A stretch of 45,052 bases of DNA from Catajapyx aquilonaris (Eukaryota). Every line of letters begins with the position of its first letter. The first letter of the stretch is position 1. The notes beneath the pieces are model-generated. The model saw only the letters and a program-made list of their open reading frames with translations. It had not been told where the DNA came from and made no database searches. The stretch is from NCBI GenBank assembly GCA_000934665.2, contig JYFJ02003211.1:1-45052 (forward strand), read 5' to 3'. The translations under genes and the position numbers were made by a program. Positions 1 through 11,400 of the stretch are shown here, piece by piece.

Positions 1-3000
1 TAGCCTTGAGGAAATGGATGCGCATAAATAGTTCTATGCGGCTTGCAACTTAAAAAAATTTGACGGTGGTTCGTTCATGTAGAAAACGCGCACTTATAGC
101 CCGGTTTTATACTTGACGGGAAGGGTACAAAGCCCCGAATGCAAAATGGCGTGTGCAATTTTTGTCTCCGGAGTTCATGCCAAATAAGCCGCTTGCAAGC
201 CACAAAAGGTGCCAAAGACGCCAAACACCGCGACAAATTGAAATGAAACGGATGATTTTTTAAACTTAAACTTCTTCCAACCGTGGAGGTCTAGACGGTC
301 CAAGATACCTTCAAGGACTCCTGGTGCTAAATTTTTTTGAAGTAAGCGCCATAAAACCGCAGGGTGGCACCATGTACCAGACCCCTGTAATTTTCAAATT
401 TTTTTTTTAAACGTCTGGAGGTGGCCTCTGTGCAATATGCGAATTTCATAGAGCTTCAAAAACCCTGCCCCCTATTAAAAGCCGGGTGACAAGGCTTCAG
501 GGTCTGAGGACCAATCAGAAACAAGGATCTAACCGTAGCTGCCCCCTCAGGGATATTTATCTACATCTGAAAGTAGCGCCATACATGCATTTCGTGACTG
601 CCCCTGATTTCCACTCCCCAAGATAGCAAACTGCACTACTAGAAATAAATTCACATCGGAAAATCCAATTTCCATCCCTGTAACTGCAGATCCGAAACAA
701 TCGGTAAGAATGGCCAAAAAAAAATCGTTGTCACTTGTATGATGAATTGGTCCGTCTTGCACGCAAAGGGTATACCTTTTGTGGGCAACGCATGCAATAG
801 ATAAACTCTCCATGCTAATACCACACCTTCCCCCCTCTTAGCCTCTATGTCGTGCTGTTGCACACTCAGAAAAACCTAGAGGAAAGGAGGGAGACATGCA
901 AATTGCATAATTGAAAGCAAGGTGCATGCAGCGTGGTAGTTTCTTCTCTCACTCTCTTTCTCTTTTTTTTACCTTTCCGATATTGTCCCCGCCCCTCGAG
1001 CGAAAGGAGGGGCCTCACCTGAGCTGGAGGTGGAGCCACTACCTGTGTGTTTTGTTGTTTTACGAGTCCTCCACCCCTCTTGCACATACCTTATCTTCAT
1101 ATGGACAATGAGGCCAGGTCAATTTTCTGCATTTAATTTGTCACCTGGCCTGATAGGGTCACCTGGATGCAGGTCAAGTACGCACGTGTAGATTTTTATA
1201 TAAATAAAGAAGAGGTCATCCATGCGGCATCAACAATCAAGAGAGGGTTGTCACCATCAAGAGGGGGAAGGTTAGCAAAATGTATATTTCCTGGCATCAA
1301 TCTCGCAATCAATGGAATGAATCAATTGCCTCGGTCGCGAAGTCTAAATGGTCTAGAATCAACGGCAGAGCTACAAAAAAGCCGGGCCAAGACAAAGTTA
1401 GGGGTGGGAGGAAGTTTGCAATTCGTGGTGTCAGGCCCCGACTCGGATGATGAGAACCTAACCAGTATAAATGGAAGGCCTGCTGCGCCATCAGCGGAAT
1501 TGGTTTTACTGCATGATGCTTGGATTACCATTTTGTTAGCATGTGAACAAGGTCAGACTTATCAGGACTGATCTTCCTCACTTAGGCCGGCTATCGTGAT
1601 GTTCAATGTTGACGAGGTCCTTGCTGCATGCCTTAATGATTTTCCCACGACTCTGTTCCTTTTTGCCAACTTCCATCATGTGCCAACTGCCAATATTCTG
1701 CACCAACAGCTAGGCAGGGTCGCTCGTCTAATCACTCTTAATATCCCTTTGAAATTCATGTAGGCATCATTATTGGTGGAAAGAGCCGGGTGCCCTTTGG
1801 AATGCAAATGCTGACCTCTAGCTGCTTGCGAATTTCCTCAATATCGGCGTGACACATCCGAAAGATCTTTTCCAAAGGCCATCGACATCCAAGCCCTCGT
1901 TCCATACACCTATGTTAATCTTAGTCTGGAATCATATAGGAGGCTCGAGGAATGCCAAGTTGTATATACGCTACTACTACGCAGATATTTTCCTGCAATC
2001 TCTCGACATTTGCCAAACCATCAGTTATCGGGGTCCAGAAACAACCGGTTTCTCCAAGGCCGCAATTAGCTTAATGCAGTAGTCACTTCGCCTTTCACAT
2101 TGAGCGAATTCGTCAAATGTACAGGAGGAGCTCATCATTCCCAAAATCTATATGCAACTTCCTAATTAAAATCCCAGAGAGAAACGGGAGTCACCTCATC
2201 CAGCAAATTCCATTTCATTCCCTATACTCTCTGATGACCTAAACGAGTCTGAATTGAATTTCTCACACAGCTTAGCCCAAGTGTTAAACCGGATTCTGTG
2301 ATTAAGGCCCTGGCCACACACTCTTCTCCTGCTGCCTCATACACACACACTCACATAACCAAAGCCAGCTCAGATTGCATCAATTGTTAGCTACATTGAT
2401 GTCATTGGCTGCTTCACATTGCCGCACTGGACGGGGGATAACATGCGATGGTAATGAAGACACACTAAGGGCAATCTGTGTATTGCCGACAGTAATTGCG
2501 AGTCTCCCCAAGGTCCGCTTCCGACCAGCGGGATTAGCCTAATGAACCAAGGTGAAGTGTAACTGGCCGGGTCGAGTGTGTATCTCTGGCTGTCCAATAA
2601 CATAATCTTGGTTCTCTGCCATTTTGACCAGCGTCACTAGAATATACCAGAGGAGGAGGAGGAGGGGAGGCCTAAAGCCAGGCCAACAACTTGATCCCCA
2701 GAAGGCTACCAGGTGCTAATAGGAAGACAGAGGTCTCAAGAGGGGAATGAAGATACACAAGAGATAAGCCTGGCCTCGGCTGTCATTAGGACGCTCATAG
2801 TAGACGAGTCCTCCCTTTAAATGATACGCTGGCCAACAATTAAATTAGCAGCCTCAGGTAGTTTTTCCAAGCAGCTGTTTTGTGGGGAGTTTGATGTACC
2901 TGGCCTCACGAAAAGGAGACGGGCTATATTAAATCAGAGCAGGGCAATGGCACTCTAAATCTATTTTTCAGCATAAATTTCAAGTATAGTGTTGAAAAAT

Positions 3001-3344
3001 ATTGCATAAGTGAAAACGAGTGGGCATAAACTGATCAAAATGTATTCAAATCTCTCTAATGGCATCGGTGTTACGATTTTCCCTCAGCGAACTACCGGCT
3101 TCATCTATCACGTACCGAAGTGTACCGGTGCAAATAATCATATCCTCAGTCGAACAATCCTCAGTCAACTGGCCGCTATAAGGCACCGTACAATGTAATA
3201 AAACAAGACATTTCGTAAATTCATAATGGTGTACGGGAAAGCAACCTGTTTCCTTATACACACACACCGGTACTTTTACGATCCAAAAGCACAACATATT
3301 GCGGAATGAAGGAAAAACTGCACTCGCTTAATATTCACTTACAG

Positions 3345-3382
3345 GCGCCCACCTTTTGGACTGCGACCGACCAGTCGGACAG
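3345..3382 (+). other. Candidate 38-nt internal exon (unverified)
   Basis: Acceptor CTTAATATTCACTTACAG|G includes a branch-point-like CTTAAT, and the donor is CAG|GTAAGG. The body is GC-richer than its flanks and open in all three frames. The peptide is not recognisable. Confidence 0.25.
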
Positions 3383-4629
3383 GTAAGGGACATTTAGTGC
3401 ACTTTGTGCTGGTTGCACACACTCCAATTTGTCCTACGCAGAACATATGCAGAGGCCGGAAGACACGCCCTCTGATATATGGACCGCAGGTGCTTCAGCA
3501 TTGTTGTTCTTTCTGAGCTGGTGGGTGGATTGCAATAGTCAAACTGGGCCCTCATTTTTTCAGTAACGACCAGAGAGACGGTAATAGGTGGTGGTAAAAA
3601 TAAAACTGAGGGCCGCGTGAGAGGCGCTTCGTTTCCCTATCTTCCATTATCTGGTTGACTCGGAACGGGTTTAATGCGAAACTCGGTGGTCATTCTTCTT
3701 CGCAATCTCGACATTACAACCCGGTTGTAGCACACGAAGGAGGAGGCTCCCCATTGCCTCATCGATTCCTTCTCTTTCCTTTTTTATATATCCAGAGCAG
3801 CAAATTGGGAGGGTCAACCCCAAGCGAGGTGATGTCACCTTTTGAAACAAGATGGCTTCCACTTCCGCCGCATTTGCCAATATTTTTCACCTCCTTCCTG
3901 CCCGTTATGGACAACTGAGGGCACGCCCCCTCCGATATATTTCGAGGAGAAAATTTTCCAATCTTAAACCAGTGACACTTTTCGCAGTTACCATGGGCGG
4001 GATATAGTCTATAGCATGCAACTGTGTGTCACATGAAATTATGCTAGTGATTACAATCGACCAGAAGAACAAGGTATATTCACACTAATGACCGTCCATG
4101 ATAGGATACTGCACAGCGCAATTGTGGAGCACAATTTGTCAACATTAACACTTATGAAACCATCAGCACTAGCTCATTATTTTTAATTTAAAAATGTTAT
4201 TTTGTTTAAAAAACTTGAACTGGACGAAGAACTTTGCTTCTTGCCCGATATATACGATGAAAATCGCACAATTTAGTCGTCCAACAGGACCCGATGTCTT
4301 TTTCTTTCTTTTTTCTTCCAAACCACCAGGACCCCACAACTTAACCCAAAGATATGAATCATGAATCTTGTTCCCAAATCATTAAGTTGGCTCACATTCA
4401 ACCCCCAAGAGCGCATAATGAGAGGTGGGGAGTAGATGTGTAAGGCCTCCGAGTGTGGACGTGTGGATTCCAGTGTCCCCCCTGTGGTCTTGGAATGTGC
4501 TGGCCGAGAATTATAGCTGACGAGGAGCCGGCAAAACATTTCCATCTCGCTTCCCTTTGCTTTGCAAGCTCCTCTAGTATAAAAATGGGGGAGAAAACCT
4601 AACCCTTCTCCTCCTTCTCCTCCTCCTCC

Positions 4630-4875
4630 TACTCTCGCGTCCAAAAAGACGCATGCGTGCAGGTGTAAATTACTCGGCGGGGGTCTCAAATGGATGGGCC
4701 CCCAGGAGCTCCCTGCGGTCTAGCCGCGTGGCCCTGAATTACAGCCTGGTTGGGTGGCACCAGAGCCTAACCACGTGCTCGCTCTTCTACAGCTGAAGCC
4801 CCCAACTCCCTGTGGGTCCCACTCCCGGTGTCACTGTCCGACGCCATCTTGGCTGGCAGGTCCAGTCGACTGAGG
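4630..4875 (-). promoter_or_regulatory. GC/CpG-rich island with Inr-like and YY1/Kozak-like motifs (candidate promoter or first exon)
   Basis: On the minus strand TCAGTC (4873-4868) is followed 24 nt after its A by the ATG of CCAAGATGGCG (ATG at 4847). The island also has palindrome ACGCATGCGT (4649-4658) and E-box CACGTG (4772-4777). Confidence 0.25.
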
Positions 4876-5116
4876 TCATATTTCACGGGCTCACATGTGG
4901 AGTGGATCGCAAATAATGTAGCTCATGAGTTCTTTTAGCTAGAGAGTACTGCCCAAAAATGGATCAAGTTGAGTTTTAACACGTTACTTAAAAATACAGT
5001 GAAACCAGTGAAGTTGGCCACCCTAATATTGGAACCATCAGTTATACTGGATGCGTAATTCAGTGGGTAATGAGCCCACATCAGTACAGTATTATCTGGT
5101 CAGCATATCGCGTCGG

Positions 5117-5476
5117 GGACAGTGTTATGCAATAATGAGTCAACCCACATGAGAACAGTTTTGAGAAAAAAGGGCTTTGAGGGCCGTTTTCTCGAACCCA
5201 GTTCAAAGCCGGTTTAAACCGTTGACAACGGCCTAACAACAATCAAATCAGGGATTAATCTGGCTTTGAACCCGGTTTACATATGAACCACTGTTCGAGA
5301 AAACGGGCCTGAATGTCACACATGTAATGTCTCGGTCGTTTTCGGTCATTTATGGCTGAAGTATGCAGATTTCGCCAGATTTATTTTAACTGAATGAAGT
5401 ACGTTACGTTGAGTTCCTGTTTTAACTAAATTTGGACATTTTTTGTGGGTTGACACATTATTGCATAACACCGTCC
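5117..5476. mobile_element. Non-autonomous DNA transposon (MITE) with 33-bp terminal inverted repeats; superfamily unassigned
   Basis: Left end GGACAGTGTTATGCAATAATGAGTCAACCCACA (5117-5149) matches the reverse complement of 5444-5476 (GGACGGTGTTATGCAATAATGTGTCAACCCACA) at 31/33 positions. The interior is non-coding. No clear target-site duplication was found. Confidence 0.85.
5181..5309. mobile_element. 129-bp PIF/Harbinger(Tourist)-like MITE nested inside the 5117-5476 element
   Basis: TIRs GGGCCGTTTTCTCGAAC (5181-5197) and GTTCGAGAAAACGGGCC (5293-5309) are 16/17 complementary. Identical 3-bp flanks TGA lie at 5178-5180 and 5310-5312. There is an internal perfect inverted pair GTTCAAAGCC/GGCTTTGAAC (5201-5210, 5262-5271) and a palindrome CGGTTTAAACCG. 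GC-rich GG(G/C)CC termini with a 3-bp TNA TSD are the established PIF/Harbinger signature. Confidence 0.85.
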
Positions 5477-8400
5477 AACTTTTTGTAGGCGCTGTGGGTC
5501 ACATAATCCGCCATCCAATCCTGATACTGCCTGGCGTCTCGTTCAGTATTTTCCAAATGCTAATTTCTTAGATCGGTCATTACACTGCACAGTCTGCGTC
5601 GCAACAGTGTATAGAAAAACATATCGCAAGTTTGGGTTCAAGTTTTTACCTGCGTGCATGTAAGAGACAGGTTGCGTATAAAGTACTTGCGTCACAAGAT
5701 ATATTTAACATTACCATCAATTGCGTTCTCCGTCGTTCGTCATAGATAATCTCCGGGACATGAAAAGTTCCGAAAATAACTCTTTTCTTTACACTGAAGA
5801 GGCCATGGATATTTTAGTTCCTGATATACAGGACACAAATCTTCGCCCAGACGTGTAAATATAGGTATCGATACGAAGACGAGATAAAATTGTCCAATAT
5901 TTCCAGAACGCAAGTCCAATAATGAATAATGCATTCATAAATTACGGCCGGGATAGCCCCCAGTCCTTTATGCCAGATTTATGCAATAACACTCAGGGTT
6001 AAGCATATTCGGGGGGAACTGGACGATAAGAATCACCCGACTCCTAAATGTAGTTTGGTGGCTTTTTTTCATTCCTTCTTCCAAAGAAAAGCATTACCTA
6101 TATCGGAGATCAGGTGAAGCCATTTTTTTTGCCCCATTTCTTTTGCGTATCGAGCCCCACCCAAAAAATCTTCAATGTGCACTTGTCTCATGACAGTGCG
6201 TGACACGGCCCTAATGGGTCCATCCCCCGGACCGATGTGGTCTAATTTCTTGTTTTCTTACAGCAATCTGTACACCTTTAAAGGAACGGGGGCGAGAGCG
6301 ACTCATCTCAATTGCTAATGAGAAAGAAAGGAGTGAGTTTATCTTGAGCATAGATCGAACGTCTTAGAAGAGCAAACAAGTTCGGGGCACAAAGCCAAAG
6401 CCCGTGTAACTCGATTTCCAACTTTTCCGAGCAATTCACTTCGTTCTATGTTTCCGTAACTGCATTGTACAAAATCTGACACGTTTTTGGGTCCGGCTAT
6501 ACATAACAGCTCCTCCCACATACCTTGGGTGGATGATTGAGGCCTAACGACAAGCTGGCCCAGGAATTTACCTAAAAAAGGATAATTACCGATTTTTTTT
6601 TTGTGGGGCTTGACTAGGGGGATGGTCAGTGGGAATTATAAGGCATTCACAGTCCAAACAGGGCACTTTCCACCTACCTCTTGGCCGCTTTATAGAGAAC
6701 ACAGAGCGATCAGACCCAGGCGTTGCATGTAAACGGCGTTATTATCCTTTTCGATTACCCCCGTAATTAAATTCAATCTCTGGTTCAATGGGTAGCGGGG
6801 GCCATGGATCTGACAGAACTAGGCTCCTTTGGAGGAGAGGAGTTATTTCAGCACTGTTGCCCAAATGGTTCTACTCCACACAACTGCATAAATACCTTGT
6901 TAATGTCCTACACGATTTACCTCAGCGGACCTGATTTTTTCTTCTCCAGAGCATCAAAAATGGCGTCGTTTATTCTCATTTTTTATGAAAGGGGGTGGGG
7001 GGTCGGTCGTAATTCGTCGGATCCTATCGGGGGCCTTCGAGAATTCCAGTTTTCGCGGCTGGACAATAGGCAGGAGCATTTTCTGCGTTTGTTCCCCCAG
7101 GGAGCATACGCTTCTAAAACCCAACCCTCTTTGTATATACATTTTTTCTTCTTCTCTGAAACATTCTTCCTTCAAGAATTCACCAAAGGGAGGGTGCTGC
7201 TGCATTAACATACCAGGTATGAGTCGAGACCGAGGAAAATGGAAACCACTTGTCAGGTGTTGCGTTACTAGACATTTGTAAAGTAGTTCTGTCAAGGTTT
7301 AAAATCTGTTATTATAGCCTGGTCATTTTATTATACGTTCGTCGTGGAAGAAGACGAAGAAGAGAAAAAAAGGTGGGTAGAGAGACAACAATGAAGAAGC
7401 GCAGATGGATGAGGGCGGGCCCCAAACTACTGGTAATGATCCATCAGCATCACTTTACTCTTCTGGAGGAAAACCCCATGTCCCCTCCTCTTTTTGCCCA
7501 TCCTCCTTGCACGCGCATCAAGAAAACTCTACCACCACAAGACCCCTTGTTCACATCAGTGATAACATCGCCTGGAGAAGGCTTATTTGACACCCATATA
7601 TGCTAGAGGAATCCCCGGTTCCGCTGCGATGAGAGTGATCACCGTTTTGGTGCCCCTTGCGTAAACAGATTTCCAAATTTGTTGGGTAAAACCGGTCTGA
7701 AGTATTCCCCCCTCCTCTTCTTCTTTAATAGGGTTGGTAAATAAAAGACTTGTTCGGCCACGCAGGAGTCTTCGAAGGTTATTCACCTTGTCATAAATCA
7801 TATACTGGAGGGCACTCCAAAGCTACAATGGTGTTTGCACGATTTCAGCATTTTTTATCCTTTCTTGATTCGAACACACACACACGTACATACCGTATAC
7901 AACTGGTTGCACACTTCCTGGAAAGAAAAGATGAATGGCCAAGCTTCTTAGTCGGTTTTACGGTGCTGCAAGTGCAAGGATCAAAAGGGGCCGAGGGCAT
8001 CTCTTTGGCCTGTTGGACGTGACAAAGTTGTTCAACAGAGAGAAGGGTGGTCCTCCCCCAAAATTCCATTTTAGACTTGATATCATGCAAGCTCACACCT
8101 TAAGTCTGGAAGGGACAAAAAAATGTCAGACTCTTGCAAACTGTTCCTCCGGAATGTCACAGCTGCTGCAAGGGGTGAGGTTAGGCCCAAGTAATTTCGC
8201 ACAGAATATAATACTGATTTCTACCCTGTGAGTTTCCAGGAACATAACTTGGAAACACCTCAGCTACTTCGAGACATTCCTCGCCCATTGAGTGCAAAAT
8301 GCCGCTACCAACTGTTTCCTCTCAAGACACGGAGGATATCTGGAAATTTCCCTTCCTGAACCCGTGGCCTGACTCGATATGAGGGAGGGCAAAAGGTGTG

Positions 8401-11400
8401 AAAAGAGGACCTCCAGAAACTTCATTAGTTAAGCCGTGTCCTGTAGCTTAGATGAGGCAGCAGCTGACAGAAGCGACGCCTGGTTTTCAAACTTGCCTCA
8501 AGTTTCGTCTTCAATTGGCACTAAGTGAGTTTTACACGGATACGTCAGAAGGAAAGTGGAGGAGGGGGGAGAGAGAATCTAGCCTTCTAATTAAGCAATG
8601 ACAGCTGCGCAGTTACCTTCTTTTTCTAACAAGCCATACCAAACTGCTAAGGGAAGTTCGGTTTGCGGAGGAAACAGTTTCGTTTGAAGAGTCAGGAAAA
8701 AGGAAGCTACGAGTTGGAAATCGTCGTATCCGGCGCCCAATCACTTCTTCCTCATTCCCAATTTCCCTTGTCCATGACTGCTGGATTCAGGCGGCAATAA
8801 TAGAAACGGCCAGAATATTGTGTAACCGTGGCCCGGGTTGTCTGCTCGGAATAACAATTGGGCCCGTCTCTAAAATAAACCCTTAAGCAAAAGCACTTCT
8901 TCCTCCTTTCAATTATTCAGGCACCGACTTTCATCCTCAAGTCTCCGGCTAGAAGCCAGTCAATCTTATTTATACGATGAGCAGTTGAGCACCGATAATT
9001 TATAACCTCCTCCGACAACTAGACAACGTTTCACGTCAAGCACAGGTGACACGTAAGAGCCCCGTGGCCAGTCCAGCTGCGGCAATGCGACTTACATTTT
9101 AATCGCAATCTTGAAAAGTTCATTACTACTTGCCTTAACCTCGAGCGTCTATATCGGATTGTTTCACTAACAATGTGACTATCGTTGCATTATTTACACA
9201 AATTCTTGCAAGCTACTTGGCTTGGTTAAAATAATTATTACCCGGGCTTAAATTGATTGCCTTGAATAGTTATGGGCAATGTAAGACCTGTTTGCATGTA
9301 CTTTCAAGGCTGTCAACCAACCGGATAAATGATGTCAAGTGGCGCTTCGAACCGGCAGGTTGTAAAACTATTCAATCACGTGATGTTTTCGGGGAATAAA
9401 TATCAATCCGCCTAAAGGGGGGGAAGATGCATTTCGGCAAAAGTAGTTCCACTAAATCAGTGTACAGTGCAATTAAAATTTTCATTACTTCCCCCCTCAG
9501 GAATGACATGACCTGCCATGTGGTGGAACTCGAAGGAAACACTTGTTTTAGGGCACATTAAATATTTGTGACAATTTCGATACCTTTCTAATTGGTTTAA
9601 TAATTTTTACTTAAAATATTATTACTTTTTTTCTATTATGAAATAGTGAAGGTTCGGTCACTAATATAATTTTTTACTGATTCCACTCCCTTTTCTGACG
9701 CACCACATTAATGAAAGCCCACGCCAACATCTCTCCCCCATTGCCAAACGACAAGCAAACCCTACTCTGTAATTTCCACTGGAAATCAAATCCTCTTTGG
9801 CTATAATAAAGTCCGCTCCAAAATACAGCATCCTCCCCTACACCCTTCCCAAAAAAAAAAAAAACCCACTCCCTCACCCCCCAAACTATATCCTCGTCCA
9901 TTTCTGCCAGGATGATTTTCCACAATCAAGTATTGCCACGGCCTAACCCCACTCCTCCACAGCAGTTTAGGGGGGGAAGCTGTAATATCACAATGTAATT
10001 ATCATTGCGGCTTAGCCCCCAAGATTATCCTCAATTTTGTAGAGGGGTAGGGTAGGGGGGGGTGCTATGAGTTTGTACAAAAAAAAAAAACTCAAACGCG
10101 AAAGCTGAAAACGTCCGCCATGAAACAGGGCTTTTTTGAACCTTTTCCCCCTCATTGTTCATGGCTCGTCCCCTCTCATTTTACCCTTCGTTTTTTTTAT
10201 ATACCCACTGAAATTACCTTGGCCACAAAATTTGAAATGATGTGCAGAAGACTACCCCCCACCCCCATGATGCCACCCATATTCGAGTGGGTGGAAAATT
10301 GTACCCGAGGGAGTCCCCGGGTTAAAGGGTGCACACATGCGTGTGATGCGATCGATTGCTTTTCCTTTTTTTTATTCCCCCTCATATATGATCGAAGTGT
10401 TTGCCTAAATGAGGCCAGGTACAATTTTCAAAATCCAGTACATCCATCATATGGTAAAATGTTAATCAGACTAAATATTTCCTTGCTCCATAATGTTTCG
10501 CTAATTGTCACGCACCTTTTTGTTCCATCCCCTCGGTTTTATGAGCCTACAACATGGTCTGACCTGTCCATCAGTCCACCCTAGGTTGTCACCTATGCTC
10601 GTGTAATATATTTAGCCGCGTTGGGCATTCTTGGAAGCTTCCAATTGGCGGTTTTCAGCACTGCGTTAATCAGGTAGGGCGAGGAAAGACTGGCAGTTGG
10701 CGCCACGCCCGTTGTCTTAGGGACCAAAAGGTTACCTAGTAATGAAGCTGTTTTTTTTCTACTATTCATACAGGAAGCCGTTTGTTGCATAGTTACTTGC
10801 ACAGGTTTTATTACACCTAGGAGTAACCACGGTTCGAAGGTTATAAAAAATTATTTCGAGATGTGATCTATATGGGAGGGTTCATCATTTACTAAGAAGA
10901 CTGTCATGCAAATTCACTGTTCAGGGTTGCAGAACTGCAGCATCAGCTCTACACGTGTGGATATTCGCACGGTAAATTATGAAACGTACTGATAAGTGTT
11001 CTAAAATTCTCCGATACCACACCCACTCACGTGCACTGAAAAGGGACAAGTGAATATAAATTATAATCTACCACGAAGCCTCTTTTTTTGACTCCTTAAT
11101 TTTTAAAAAAGTTGAAGAACCTCATCAGGTAACCTGTAAAAAAAATTGAGTATTTTGCAACAAATTTAGAGCCAAAAGTACTGAAAATCAGCACTAGTTA
11201 ATTGGACTCAAACAGCAGATGAAAATTGTTAAGTATTCAATGATTTTAATATTCCATAATAGGATCGTGTTTTAGGGACTTGTTAGAATATTGTGCACAA
11301 ATCATTGTGAAATTGGCAATTTGCTGGATATCAGCGAAAAGTGAAAAGTCGTTTAAATCGGCCAGGATATCCTTTAATTTCAAATTAATTTTTAATGCAA

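Noticed and set aside
2231..2260. Hammerhead ribozyme core CTGATGA (also other CTGANGA and HDV-like TCCTCG hits)
   Set aside because: No stem II followed by GAAA, and no P1/P3 pairing could be built at any occurrence I examined.
4995..5023. Tc1/mariner/pogo-like end TACAGTGAAACC
   Set aside because: No partner GGTTTCACTGTA was found, so the element cannot be delimited.
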